Shown: positions 11,848-25,665 of the stretch, in pieces
How positions within the stretch are numbered: position 1 is the first letter of the stretch
Layout of the letters: each line of letters starts with the position of its first letter
Assembly (NCBI GenBank): GCA_951406725.2
Contig: OX597817.1
Location: forward strand, 84,754,001-84,818,000
Source: Octopus vulgaris
Taxonomy: Eukaryota
Direction: 5' to 3'
DNA: 64,000 bases
Made by a program: the position numbers and the translations under genes
Notes under the pieces: model-generated
Database searches by the model: none
What the model saw: only the letters and a program-made list of their open reading frames with translations
Told to the model about the DNA's origin: nothing

Positions 11848-13515
11848 ATAACCTTTGGCGCTCCTGATGTCTTAGCAGCAATAAAGGAAGTGAAGCACAA
11901 TTCAGCAGTAGGTCCCGATAGGTTCCCTGCTTGTGTTTTGAAGATGTGTCAACACCAACTTGCACCCCCTCTAGCCAATCTGTGGCGGAACTCACTGGAT
12001 GCTGGATATATACCAGAAGACCTTCTATCCCAGTCTGTTGTCCCAGTTTTCAAAAAAGGAAACAAATCGCTTGCCGTGAATTACTGTCCAATCTCACTCA
12101 CCTCACATATCATTAAGGTATTTGAGAGAGTGCTGAGATCGCGTATGATTCACTTCCTCGAGAGTCTTAATATGCTGAACTCCAACCAGCATGGATTCCG
12201 TAATGGAAGAGATTGCCTGACGCAGCTACTGCATCATTTTGATGACATTTTGAGAGCCTTGGGAGAGGGTTCCAACACTGATGTCATCTACCTTGATTTC
12301 AGCAAGGCCTTTGACAGGGTTGATCATAAGATCCTTTTGAGAAAGCTGTCCAATATTGGTGTCACTGGAAAGCTGCTGCAGTGGATCAAGTGCTTCCTGT
12401 CTAACAGAACCCAACATGTTGTAGTCGAAGGAGTCAAATCCAGCCCAGCCAAAGTCAGCAGTGGTGTCCCACAAGGCACTGTGTTAGGCCCACTTCTCTT
12501 CATCATCTACATTAATGATATTACTGACACCATCAAACACAGTAACATCAGAACCTTTGCTGATGATTCCAAGCTCCAGAAGGTCATCAATGGCGTGGAT
12601 GACCGAAAAAGCCTTCAGTCAGACTTACTGGCTGTTGTCCAATGGGCGGAAAAGAACAACATGTTGCTAAACGAAGACAAATTCAAACTGATCCACTTTG
12701 GAAGGGAGGATGCTCTGAAACTCCCATACTCCTTTCCTTCTGGAGAAATTCTCATGGCGTCTAACAACATCAGAGACTTGGGAGTAACAGTGGACAACAA
12801 CATAAGCTGGGCTACACATATAAGCAGCAAAGTTGATATGGCCCGCAGAATGTGTTCCTGGATTCTCAGAACCTTCCAGTCGAGAGATTCCCACACCATT
12901 ATCTCCACTTTTGCCCGACCCCACCTTGAATACTGCTGTCCACTGTGGTCTCCCTACACAAAACAAAATATTATGAGAATTGAAGCTCCCCAAATGTCAA
13001 TCACAAAAAAGATAGATGGCATGTCAGACCTCGACTACTGGGGTAGACTAGAGAAACTGAAACTGTATTCACTCCAACGACGCCGTGAACACTACATTAT
13101 CTGTATGATGTGGAAAATATTCCATCAGCACTGTCCGAATGATGTTGGCATCACCTTCAAAAAACATCCAAGGCTTGGACCACGTGCCATCCGTCCGCAA
13201 CAAAAATCTAAATCGCATCACATAACGACAATACGGCACAATTATTTCACCTCAATTGGACCCGCTCTCTTCAATATTACACCAGGACACGTCAAAACAA
13301 AAACTGACCACACAAAATTCAAGAAGTCTTTGGACAAATTCCTTCAAACAGTCCCGGACAAACCACCCACACCCAGATGTCTCCGCAAACAATAACTCTC
13401 TGCTCGAATGGGCCTCGGTGCCCAAATCCTGAATTGAAAGACTTCGCCAGGTGGTGCTATTAAGTTAGACATGGCCTGGGCCAATAATGGCCAAAACCTT
13501 TCTAAGTTATTTCTA
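11848..13515 (+). mobile_element. 5'-truncated CR1-group LINE with an open reverse transcriptase ORF (11890-13395)
   Basis: 501-aa ORF with NYCPISLTS, QHGFRNGRDCLTQL, YLDFSKAFDRV, GVPQGTVLGPLLF, FADD, DLGVTVD, RPHLEYCCPLWSP; CpG-rich; flanked by (TA)n; no endonuclease domain. Confidence 0.95.
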
Positions 13516-13746
13516 GATATTTATGTGTGTGTATATATATATAGTATATATATGTGTATATATATATGCATATATATATTATATTTATATATATATTTAT
13601 GTATATATATACATATATATATAATATATATATATATGTAGATATATATATATTTATGTATATATATTATATATATATAATATATATATATATATAATAT
13701 ATATAAATATATAATATAATTATATTATATATATATATTTATAATG

Positions 13747-13783
<37 letters not shown>

Positions 13784-14026
13784 AATATATAAAATATATA
13801 ATATATATATATATTTATATATATATATATAGAGATGTTATGAGAGGTAATGGTGTCAGTAAGACCCAAGGGTGCCAGGTAATGCTGAGTAAGTGCTATG
13901 GATAGACCATAGTTAAGCTCCAGGTTCGGTGATTATGCGAATAAGGAGTGCAACATAGATCATATATCAGCATGGGTATATATAAAAAAATTTTTTTTTC
14001 CAAAATGTGATAAAAAACCAAATCTT

Positions 14027-14212
14027 TGAGGAATTTAGAACATTTATAAACAGGTCTTACAGCTGTTTCCAGGATATTTATTATATCCCTTCATCGGAGA
14101 CAGTGTGAGAAAATGGTTAAATATTTCTCACACTGTCCCCAATGAAGGGATGTAATAAATATCCTGGAAACAGTTGTAAGACCTTCTATTTATAAATGTT
14201 CTAAAATCTTCA
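14027..14212. repeat. Fold-back element with a hammerhead-like motif in each arm
   Basis: About 85-bp inverted arms; minus arm GUCU-CCGAUGA-AGGGAUAU..AUAUCCUG-GAAAC-AGCU-GUA-AGAC (14054-14101); more degraded plus copy at 14135-14182. Confidence 0.8.
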
Positions 14213-14259
14213 CACTCTTGGTTTTTTACTTCATTCTGAAAATTTTTTTATATATAATA

Positions 14260-14305
<46 letters not shown>

Positions 14306-14599
14306 ATAGTTCTTCAAGTAATATAAAACAACTCATATCTCCAGTGAATGCAGTGTGCAAGCCATGGTTGCACAAGGGACCTAGTGGGATGATAGGCTAA
14401 CAGTGAATAAACACTTTTTATGTGGCAGATATACATGAGTAGTTTGCAGTCAGAGCAGTAGTAAAATAAATTCCTTTGAATCCTTGAAAGGCTCCAATAG
14501 AAGCAGGTGATAGCTTCTCTTATCTAGGCATCTTAATTAGCTATGGAGAAGAATGCCTTGAAAGCCTAGTAGCTGAAATAGGGACATTAGAATAAGTTC

Positions 14600-15080
14600 A
14601 ATGAGTTTTTGTTTCTGTTGGCAACAATTGCATTCTTTCTTCAAACAAAGTTTAATTTTTATGTTACTGGTGTACAAAGTGCAAAGATGTATGGTAGTGA
14701 GACATGAGAATGAACGCAGAGAATGCCTAAGTGTTGGAGAGAAACAAAATGAGCAATCTTCTCTGGATGTGCAATGTTAGTATGTATGAATGATGTGGTA
14801 AAGATGAGCTGAGATAAACTGGGTATAAGAGGAATCTGTTGTAGTGTTCAAGAGAGATGACTATATTGATACAGAGATGTAATTCATGTGGATGATAACA
14901 TATGGGTAAAGAAGTGCCTGGAAGTCCTAGTAGAAGAGGAAGAGAAGGACAGAAATTATTAAAGCTGATCCCAGGATGTCAAACCTCACAAATGGATGAC
15001 AAAGGAGTACAACAAATAGTGAGACACTGTTGGAAAGAACCTATCCAACCCATGCAATCATGAAAAAGTGAAAGCAAAAC
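14600..15080 (+). mobile_element. Old RTE LINE 3' fragment
   Basis: Degenerate homolog of 10578-11050 (GSETW, ctctggatgtgcaatgttagt) ending in a tccaacccatgc tail; a minus copy lies at about 15900-16250. Confidence 0.55.
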
Positions 15081-17549
15081 TGGTACTATTGCTGCTACAG
15101 TTGATATATGTATGCATGCATATCTAATATAAATGCAAAATCTAATTTCTGTGTGTCACACTTTGACCCTCATCTCTCACTGTTCAATGACACTTCTACT
15201 ATTGCTCATGCTGGGATGAGAGTAATAGTAGACATAGAGATGGTGAGGGTAGTGGTGAAGATAGACAGTGAAAGAGGGAAAGAAAAAGAGAGGGAGAGAG
15301 AGACAAAGAAATTCAGAGTATCAATGTCATCCATGTTTTATTAAAAGTAGTAGTGTTATGATGGCAGTGGAAGTAATAACAAGAGAGAAAGAGTTGGTAT
15401 GTAAGAGAAAGAGGGACCGAACCAACATACTGAACACTGATGGTAATGGGGTGATAGTAATAGTATGAGCTGTAGCTGTAATAGAAGTGGAGGTGGTGAT
15501 GATGTTGGCAGTGGTGGTGGTAGCCAAGGTGGTTGGGGATGACAGTGAGAGTAAGCAATGTGAAAGAGTGGTGATGGTGGTGGAGGGCAAGGTGGCGAAG
15601 TCAAAGGTATTGATGGTGGTGGCGTCAGAAGTCTGAATGGTGTCTGTATGGTAGATGTGGTGGCGATGCTAGTGGTATTGTTGTTTATCATGCAGCTTTG
15701 CAATAAGTTCCAAGTTGACAAATTATATCATTGTTTTGATGAAAATTGTTCATTGCTTGAAAAATATTGTTCAAGTTTAATAAAATTTAATATGTACTCA
15801 ATGCATGAAGTGTCATTGTTGGGCCCAAGGCCTAATGAAGAGCCCTCCACAGGAGCTAGCTTAAAAGCCACCTAATTGGGCAGCTTTTAAGCAAGTATGT
15901 ATATATGCGTGTTCCTGAGATCAGCACGAGCTACTTCTGGCCATCCTCTTCTGCAGACTCTTACATCATTTAACACTTTTTAATCCAATTATCATCACTT
16001 TTCAGACTTCTCACATAGTTAATACTAGCATAATCTTTTCTTTTGTACACTACGAAAGATATCTCTGGTGCTCTGTTTATCTTTCAAAATCTCCATTCTC
16101 CATCGTTCACACAAGTCGGCATTACACACCTGGCAGAATATGCTTGCTTCATTATCCTTGTTCTCCAATGTTCAGACAAGATGACATTACACAACCATTT
16201 AAGCATGCTTGCTAAATTCCTTTCCAGCCTTTACATGTCCACATCCTTTTTTACACTAAAAGGACATGGAACTAAGTCTTTGTAATCTACCATTTCTGTT
16301 TCTCATATATGTTGTTTAACCCTAAATCAGCCTGATCTAGTACACCTATTATGATCAAAAGTATTCAAGCTATAACTAACCATTACAACTTATTTTCAGA
16401 AGCAGTATATTCCTTAGACAATATTATCGCACTTCTTCATCTCCCGCTAACCCTCTCCTGTGATAAATGCCTCAGCTCTTCTATACTGCCTTGGCCTGAA
16501 CATTCACCTCAGGCACCAACACCTTTCACACCCATCAGGATGAAGAGGCTCAGTCACTTGCTACAGATTAGCTACTCATTACAAGTTAATACCAATGACG
16601 ATTATCCAATGTATCTTTTGTTTTTGAAGACAGAAAGATGTGGTTTGAAGGAGATTTGGTAAATATTTCTAGGAGAGTAATGAACCATGTATTGGCTCTC
16701 TCATTGATTTATTTATATTTGATTTTATTCATTGTTGTACATCAAGGCCACAGTGGAGTTCCAATCCTCCCTGTTGAAGTGATTTACATTGCATATTTAG
16801 ACTGTAAAAATTTAGGAACATTATGGCAGATACAATACATCTTTAATTTCTTCCACTTTGAAAATTACAAAGTTTAAAATGCCTATGTACAAAGAAAGCA
16901 ATATCAAATGTCATAGAACATTTTGTCACATAATCCAGATCATCATCATCACTATTTTACTGTCCACTTTCCCATACTTGATGGAGTTTATAGAATGCAG
17001 ATTTCCTATGGCCAAATGCTCTGCCTAATGTCAACCTTTACATGTTTTGAAATAAAGTAATATTTCCTCATATTTTGCAGAATATGGGAACTGGATGACA
17101 TTGATACTCATTTATAACTATTACATGTCAAGACAAGGTGACACAAATGTGCATAAACTAACACACACACACATGCATACAAAGACTTTTTATAGTTTCC
17201 TCTCTTAAATCCACTCACCAGGCTTTTGTTGGCTTGGGGCTACAATTGAAGAAACTTATTGAAATTGCTGCACAGTGGGACTGAACTAGTAACCATGTGG
17301 TTGAGAAGTTAATTTCTTAACAAATCATAATTTTGTTTTCAAAATTGTAGTGGGGTCAGGGGTTTCCATCTAGGCTATTCCTTAGAACCATGACTCTTAA
17401 TCAAGGATTTTACTTATGAATATACTATACTACAATTTTCAAAATCCTAAAAATTTTAAATTCTGAAACATGCTTCATCCCAAGGATTTGGGATACCTGT
17501 ACCATTATGCATTTTCCAGTTGTTCATTGGTTTTGTTATTAACTATATT

Positions 17550-18620
17550 CATGATTTCTGATTTAGACACAAGGCCAGTAATTTTGAGAGGAGTGGTATC
17601 AACAAACCCATTATTTGACTGGTACTATATCTTATTGATCCTGGAGAGATGAAAGGGAATGTTGATTGAAGCAGGATTTGAACTCAGAATACAATGAACA
17701 GGAAGAAATATTCCAAAGCAATTTTTCTGATGTTCAAGCTATTCTGCTACTTTGCTACATTAACTACACTTATAATAATGACTTGCTGAGGCAGAAGAGC
17801 AGAAAATTTGGAGGAGGTGGTTGGTTGTATTTACAGCAAAAGTTGACTGGTACTTTTTTTATATCAATCCTGAAAAGAAGAATAGCAAAAACAAACTTGA
17901 CAGAATTCAAACTCAGATTGCAAAAATAAGAATTCTTAATATTGATTTAAAATTTTGTCACAAGGTAAGGGGAGTGGTAAGTCAATTGCATCAACCCAAG
18001 TGTTCAACTGGTACTTATTTTATTGACCCTGAAAGAATGAAAGACAAAGTAGATCTTGGTGGAATTTGAACTCAGAACATGAAGATGGAGAAAATGCCAC
18101 TAAGCACCTTGCTCTGTGTGCTAACAATTCTGTCAGCTTTCCACTTTATAATAATCCTTCATATTGAGTATCAATAACTAATATTATAACTATTAATTAA
18201 GGCTGTGAATTGGATAAAATGCTTAGCAGTATTTCATCAGCCTTCATGTTCTATGTTCAAATTACACCAAGGTTGACTTAACTCTTCATCATTTCAGGGT
18301 CAATAGAGTAAGTACCAGTCAAGCACTGGACTTGCTTCTTCCTCCAAAATGGCTGGTATTGGACTTTTACTATTAATTTTATAGTATAAATAATATTTTA
18401 TTATTATAAATAATATTTTTATTATTGATTAAGGTAGCAAACTGGCAGAATTATTAGAGTTGGACAAGTGGATTTTTTTTTTTTGACTCATTGTGTTCTG
18501 AGTTCAAATTCTGCTGAGGTTAACTTTGTTTTTATCCTTTTGGGATTGATAAAATAAGTACCAGTTAAACACCAGGGTCAATGTTATCAACTTAGCCTTG
18601 TTCTAAAATTTGAAATCATT
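17550..18620. mobile_element. Cluster of about 5 tRNA-derived SINEs with a Meta-like central domain (3 minus, then 2 plus)
   Basis: Repeated ctggcagaat..ttagc..gagttcaaatt..ggtcgactttgcctttcatcctttc..gataaa..aagtaccag; further copies near 1995, 25680, 27550, 32560, 32710, 34068, 46545, 53473, 54790, 54920, 57343. Confidence 0.85.
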
Positions 18621-19886
18621 ATGGCACAATGATACATAACTCGATGAAAGATGTATCAAGAAATTGAAAAAAGAAAGAATTATATCATTTTTAGTTCATT
18701 TTTCATTTTTGCTATTTTTTTCATTCTTTTTTTTTGTGTTTGTTATCTCTTTTTTCTTTTTGTTTATTCATTTTATCTTTCTCTTTTTTATTTGTTTTGT
18801 TTTGATCTTTTTTTTTTTTTACCTGTTTACTGAATTACATTTCAGAAGTTCATAATTCATATTTTTTTTCAACATTCAGTGACATTCAATAAAAGAAACA
18901 TTTATACTTTAGACATGCATGCATTCAAGGGGGGAAAAAATTAAATAATAATAATAATAATGATAATAATAATAATAATAACAACAACAACATACATACA
19001 AATAAAATAATGAACAAATTTATCAAAGAAATTTTGCAAATCATAATTAGCTAAATTATAATTATTTTTCTAAGAAAACTACTATGTTTAATGGACTTTT
19101 TTCGTTTTTGAAAAATAAATATGAATTAGAGAAAAAAATATAAACTAGAAAAAATAAAAATTGGAACAAAAAGGAATCCTGGGATAATCTCCCTTAAAAA
19201 TACAAAAGAAAAATGGTCGTATTTTTTGTTTTTATATATATATATTTATATATATTTATAAAATATGATATGAGATGTACTTTTTTAAAAGAAATTTTGT
19301 TAAACATCATCATCGAAATGAATAATTGATGACAACATAAGTTTGTTTTTTATTGTTTTTCTTTTAAGGAATGAATTTTTTTGATTTGTTTTTGTGCTAA
19401 TTTTTTCCAATTTTTTTTTTCTTTTATACATCATCCATTTTCTGGTTCTGCTTTATTCATACAAATACTCACTGACTCACATATACGAGCAAAAGGAAAA
19501 TTTAAATTTTCATTCTAAATTTTTCATTCAAGATTCAGCTTTAAATTATCTGTTAATGGTTACACACCCACACATATACATGCACATAAATGAAAAATTT
19601 AAATAAATGTAACTAGAAAAATTTAAATAAACATAACTAGAATATCATCCAACTGATGATTAAATATATAAAATTAACAATAATAATAAAAAATATATAA
19701 AAAATAAATAATATATAATCAAAGAAAATGGAGAAAGGTGAACATGTTCTAGTATATTTCCTTTCCCTTTTTTTTTCAAAATTTAAAACAAAATGTACTA
19801 AAAAAAATGTTACAAAAACATTTTAATGATTAATGAAGTCGTATTAAAATACATTTTTAAAAATATACATTCATACACACACAAAC

Positions 19887-19965
<79 letters not shown>

Positions 19966-20142
19966 TATGTATATATCTGTGTTTTATTATTTTCATTTTG
20001 AACTGAAGTTTTAAACATGAATATTATCTAAATCAGTAAATATAGCAACCTAAGTATCCCTCACCAAAAAGTAATAAAAAGGTTAAAAAACAAAAACAAA
20101 TAGTAAATGCTTACTTAAGTCATCATATACATACATATATAC

Positions 20143-20193
<51 letters not shown>

Positions 20194-20652
20194 CATACAT
20201 ATATATATATATACATATATATATATATGTGTGTGTGTATATATATACACACATATATGTATGAAGATATATGTATATATATGTTTATAAATTTATATGT
20301 ATGTGTGTGTGCGCGTATTATCATTGTTGTCATTTTAATGTCTACTTTTCCATGCTTGCATGGGCCACGTGAGACTTCGTTGAGGCAGAATTGTCTATGT
20401 CTGGACTCTCTTCTTGATGGCAACCCTCACTTATTTCCAAGCAAGGTAATAAATCCTCCAGCCTATCAAACTTTAAACAGCCTGGTCATGTTTATATGGA
20501 GGGTTGCAAACAAATGATATCATTGGGACTGTTTACAATCAGTATGCACTTGTCAAGACAAGGAGAATATGATGATGATCATATATACATACATATATAT
20601 ATATACATATATACACATACATATATATATACATACATATATACATATACAT

Positions 20653-20691
<39 letters not shown>

Positions 20692-21675
20692 TATACATAC
20701 ATATATATATATATACTTATATATATTTATATATATATCATTATATTTATATATATACTAAATACATACATATATATATACATACATATATACATACATG
20801 TATATATATATATATAAAAGTGTTGCATAGTTAAGATAACTGTTAGTGTTGAGATGTTTATGCCATAGTAATTTTCATTTAATGACAGAAATATTACTAA
20901 TTTACACCAACGTGTACAGACAAATACATACACACACACACACACACACATATATGCACACACCAAGAAGGGAGTATTTATGTAGTTGTTTGACCTGCTG
21001 GAAACAGTAGCTAAATCTCCTTGAAATCAACACTACAATCTTAAAAAAGGAAGGACACATTCGACAATGTAATCCAAGACATATTATGACAGGAGCTGTC
21101 GAAAGTGAAACAGCTTAGATGATTGATCTATTCAATCAGAGCTGATTCAGGGTCAGACAATTATAACAACAACAACAACACAAACTCACAAATACTTGGC
21201 ACAAAGATTCATGTGTTAGTATGCTTAAAACTATACTAGTACCTTTTACATTAAAATTATTATAATATTGAAAAGAAGAACCTTTTAGAAAATTTGTAAT
21301 AACTTAAAAAAACGAGAAAAAAATCTAGATAATTTTTTTTTGTTTATTTGATTTTTCTGGCTTTTTAGATATTATTTTTATTAATTTTTTTTAATTTTCT
21401 TTCTTTCATATGTATGTGTGTGTGTTCATGTGTGTGCATGCGTGCTTGCATGCATTTGCAATAAATAACAGTAGAATATTTTCAAACACCAACAGGAAGA
21501 AATTAGTTATAACTTGCAATTTGATTTTTTTACTCAAGCACTATTTTCTCTTCCCTTATATATATATATATATGTATATATAAGGATATTCCAAGTGATC
21601 CAGAGTAGATCAATAGCAAACACTTTATTACATTAAGTTACAGAGAACTAATGTATCTTCTTAATACAATGAAGT

Positions 21676-21768
21676 GTTCCCTGATGATCTGTTCTGGTTA
21701 AGCATCCACATGCACTTGAAACATTCAATGCAAGTTTCCAAGCAACCTGAATGGTGAAATGTTGGAAC
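21676..21768 (+). ncRNA. Type-I hammerhead ribozyme motif with extended stem II
   Basis: GUUCC-CUGAUGA-U-CUGUUCUGGUU...AACCUGAAUGG-U-GAAAU-GUU-GGAAC; perfect 5-bp stem I. Confidence 0.65.
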
Positions 21769-21856
21769 CAATAATATAAAGTAATATTTATCCTAATTTA
21801 TATATAGATATATATATTATCCAAAGCGTACAGTATTATATATCCATTACAGCTCA

Positions 21857-21937
21857 TCTTACCAATCGGTTTTGTGCTAGGGATTCAATGGAGTGTTAAG
21901 TAACAATCCGATTATGTAACCCTTCACTCATCAGAGG
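21857..21937 (-). ncRNA. Hammerhead motif (G12A), family of 38760
   Basis: CU-CUGAUGA-GUGAAGGG...CCCUAGCAC-AAAAC-CGAUUG-GUA-AG. Confidence 0.6.
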
Positions 21938-21992
21938 TAACCATTATTTCCTGGCTTATGGACTTTTAGACAACTTACATACATATGCACAT

Positions 21993-22047
<55 letters not shown>

Positions 22048-22348
22048 TATTTACACATGTGTGTGTGTATGTATATATACATATATAGTTTGTGAAGAAA
22101 TGAAAATAAAAAAATTAACAGTCAAAATGGGCTCTTATTTATATTTACTGCTGTCTTCTGTTAAAAGATTTTTTTGGGCTCCTTATCTTATACCAGGAAG
22201 TGTCAATATTCAAAGAATTACATACATTTATTCTAATTATGAAATTTTTCATATCAGAAATGTGTGTTATTTTAAACATGCATGTAAACACATGAATTAA
22301 AATAAGTACACATCTAGGAGTTATAGTAGTAGTAGTTGTAGTAGAAGT

Positions 22349-22390
<42 letters not shown>

Positions 22391-23024
22391 GATAAAGAAA
22401 AAGATTCTAAGAAGATACTGTTATTTAAGCTGTTTGAAGTTTACAGTTGGGTTATTCAAATTAAAATGATGTCTGTTAAAGAATGTTAATAATTACTTAT
22501 TAAAACATTTTTTTGTTTGTTTTTGTTTTAGTTATTCCATGAATAATATTTCTATATTTGTTTAAAACATTATAATAAAGTAATTACAAAACTAAGATAA
22601 TATATAATATATTACTGATGAACTCAGAAATCAAACAGAATAAGTATTTTTCTTTAATTTTTTTTTCTTTTAAATAATTTTATTTTTCTTATCTAAAACT
22701 TTATCTAAATTGTTCTCTATATAATGATTAATTCTCTTGATTAAGATTCTAGAAAAAAAGTGTCAGGAACTATGCAGTTGTACCTTCTGTTACAGTGCAG
22801 TATAGATATAAAAATAAAATTAAAAAAAGTCACAGAATCAATCAATGAATTTATATTTAAAAACTAAATAATGCTATCTTATCTGTCTCTCACAAAGTGA
22901 GACTACATCACGGTACAAACATTACCTCCTCTAAATTAATAAAGACATTATTTTTGTTTATCTAGTTCTCAAAAATTCAATCGTACATTTCAACTGACAG
23001 AATTATTAAAAAAAATATTCATGT

Positions 23025-23866
23025 TTAGAAAGCTCTCCTTTGTCCAATTCTACCATTCATACGACCACTTGGGCACTGGTAGCGAGCACGATGACGTTGC
23101 CTTTTGCCAAGGTGGCTATATTCAACCAACTTATTGTTTCTATTTAAGTACTTTTTATTGTAATGATGGCTCTGTTCATATGATTGTTTTTGTAACATCA
23201 AACGGTATGTTTTTAATTTGGTTAGAAGTGGCTGAGCATTGGTAAGGTTTTGATGACAACGACCGGTTTGGTTGTTGTGTACAGGCTGAGATCTGGTTAA
23301 CGGCAGTGAAATATTTCTAAAAGATGATACTGGATGAAGATTAACAGCAGTGATATGCTCAACATTATCATTATCAGCCACAACCCTTCCTTCTTCTTCG
23401 TCATTATCATCATCTTCATCATCACCATCATCATCGTCTCCATCACTGTTGATGCTTCGAGAATATGAGTCATATACTGACATACTAGGATGCTCTATCA
23501 ACAGATTTTCCATTGTTGTTTGTAAAACTGAAGATTCTTCAGAGCCTCTCTGACTGGCAGTGAAGCAAGCTGGTGGATCTACAATCCAGCTCTCACTTGG
23601 ACAGACCGAGAATATACAAATATAATCTGAGTGCCGTACAAGTGAGTGTTCTGCAGGTAGGGCAGTGTCCCTTGTACAGGTTTTTGTTATTGGGACTAAA
23701 TCTAGATGTGGATGAACCACAGTAATGTCCTCCAGCTCATCACATTTACTGTTGTTACTACAGTCTTGCTTAGAACTGGCAGTATCTAAATGAATATCTT
23801 CAGTTGTTGCAGCAGTATTATCAGCAGTTTCTAAGGTCACAGATGGTAGCGATTCATCGACTGCAT
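23025..23866 (-). CDS. TP53INP2: TP53INP/DOR family protein, second (terminal) coding exon
   Basis: Acceptor atttcAG at 23867-23868, phase 1 matches; hallmark DOR motifs ESWIVDPPACFTA and MENLLIEHPSMSVY; basic C-terminus; TAA stop; 323 aa in total. Confidence 0.9.
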
Positions 23867-24883
23867 CTGAAATATAAATCAACAATAGAATTAAATATGT
23901 AGGTAATAAATAACTAGAAAATAAATTTCAAAGATAAAATTTTAAATTTACAAATGACATATGTCTTTTTGTTACAGTGGTAGTCTCTATTCACTTACTA
24001 ATTAATGATTTTGGCCAGAATTTCCAACCATGAGTTGGTCAATCAACTAAATTACCAGACTCATTGAATCAGCATATAAATGAATGAGTATTCCTCAGAC
24101 ACATCTACCCTGTGAATTATATCAGTAATTAAGGTATAAATGTCTGTGAAATACATAGGTAGAATGAGCAGTGAGGCTGAACCTTTGAATTATTGACACA
24201 TTCCATCCAATAGGCTTGTACACAGTTTTCCTCAACCCAATTTCACTCAAAAGGTCTTGGTTAGCCTGAGAGTATACAAAAAACATTTTCCGAAGATGCC
24301 AGGGTAGTGGAACTGAATCTGGGGCTCATCATTGCAAAATGAACCTCTCAACTATTCTGCAATTTACCTATCTGTGTATGTCTGAGCTCGAATGATGGAA
24401 TGGATTGCTGCTGTATCTCATTCTCCCTCCAATGATAGAACAGAATGCTGCTATATGAACAGCACCATCTGTGCATCATTTCTTCAAACAGCATAAAGAG
24501 ACTTTCTACACGCCTTATCACTTCCTTTCTTCTTATGATCTATACTTATGTGATGACTCAACCATCATGTTTAAAGATATAAATATCCTAATCTAACTGA
24601 TATCAGTTGTTTTGCCAGTTCATGCTGTTATCCTATTACACATACATGCATACACACACATACATACATACATACATATGCAAACACACATACATACACA
24701 CACACATACATATACACACATATTTATGTGTGCACATATACATATTGATATACACACATACATATAAATACATATATACATATTTATATAAATACTCCCA
24801 CACTATAATCATAATTTCTATTGCTTGCATTTCCTTTCAATAAATTAGAATGAATTAAATGAGAGCTTGGAAAACTAGAGTAC

Positions 24884-25013
24884 CTTGAGTTTGTGTTTCA
24901 ACAAAAATCCAGTCTTCTTCAGTCACATGAGTTTTTATATTGAGTTCTTCACATTGCTGTTCTGAATCTGCTGAGCCAGTTCCAAAGAAAAAATCAGCCA
25001 CTCCTTTCAGCAT
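24884..25013 (-). CDS. TP53INP2: TP53INP/DOR family protein, first coding exon (contains LIR motif)
   Basis: Acceptor ctttctatctAG at 25018-25019, ATG 4 nt later; MLKGVADFFFGTGSADSEQQCEELNIKTHVTEEDWIFVETQTQ+G, donor CAAG|GTAC; acidic + W-x-x-V LIR as in TP53INP1/2; the vertebrate paralog cannot be assigned. Confidence 0.88.
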
Positions 25014-25139
25014 TGTTCTAGATAGAAAGAAAGAAAGAGGCCAAAATTATTAAGGGATATATATATATCTATATATATAAAATAGTAATAAAAAAAAAAT
25101 GAAATCCTTCAACTTTTTGCTCCTCTCATATTAAGTTTA

Positions 25140-25460
25140 AGCCTGCCAAATACATAGAGTTATTTAATATATACAAGGATGCTATGAATGGCCCTGGATG
25201 CAAAATGGTTAAAAATGGCCAACAAGATCAGAGAATATCATCTCTGCATATCAGGTCATTGCTTGCAGCACCAGAAAGAAGAAGAGGTAAAACTTGTGCT
25301 CTGGGAACTACAGCATGGTGAGGGAGATGTTGTCTGATATTTATTGGCTATCTGAAAAAGGACACAAGATTGGATTCTATTCACAAACTGAAGGTGGTGA
25401 TGGTAGATCAAGATGCTTGGCAAAATGACTTTGTCTTCATGGGCCAGGTGGAAGCACAGC
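25140..25460 (+). mobile_element. Degenerate RTE-like LINE 3' fragment
   Basis: GHCLQHQKEEEVKLVLWELQHG...VMVDQDAW. Confidence 0.5.
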
Positions 25461-25589
25461 CAAAGTAAAGTAAAGCATTTATTATAGGTGTATACAATCA
25501 TATTTAGCATGTTTGTGTACATGGCAAGCCATACACTGCAGAAATTATCTAGTGTGCTTCTAATTATTTAATTCCAACATAACAAAACT

Positions 25590-25665
25590 TTGCACACATT
25601 AGTGAATGCACCGTTGCACACATCAGTGAATGCACCATTGCATACATCAGCAAATGCACCATTGC
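25590..25665. repeat. Tandem repeat, about 22-bp unit, about 3 copies
   Basis: ttgcacacatcagtgaatgcacc repeated with variation. Confidence 0.75.

Noticed and set aside
15300-15720. Pro/Thr/His-rich ORFs
   Set aside because: Decayed (GGT/GAT)n low-complexity sequence.
22616-22632. CTGATGA-ACTCA-GAAA
   Set aside because: No stem II or stem I possible; chance match.
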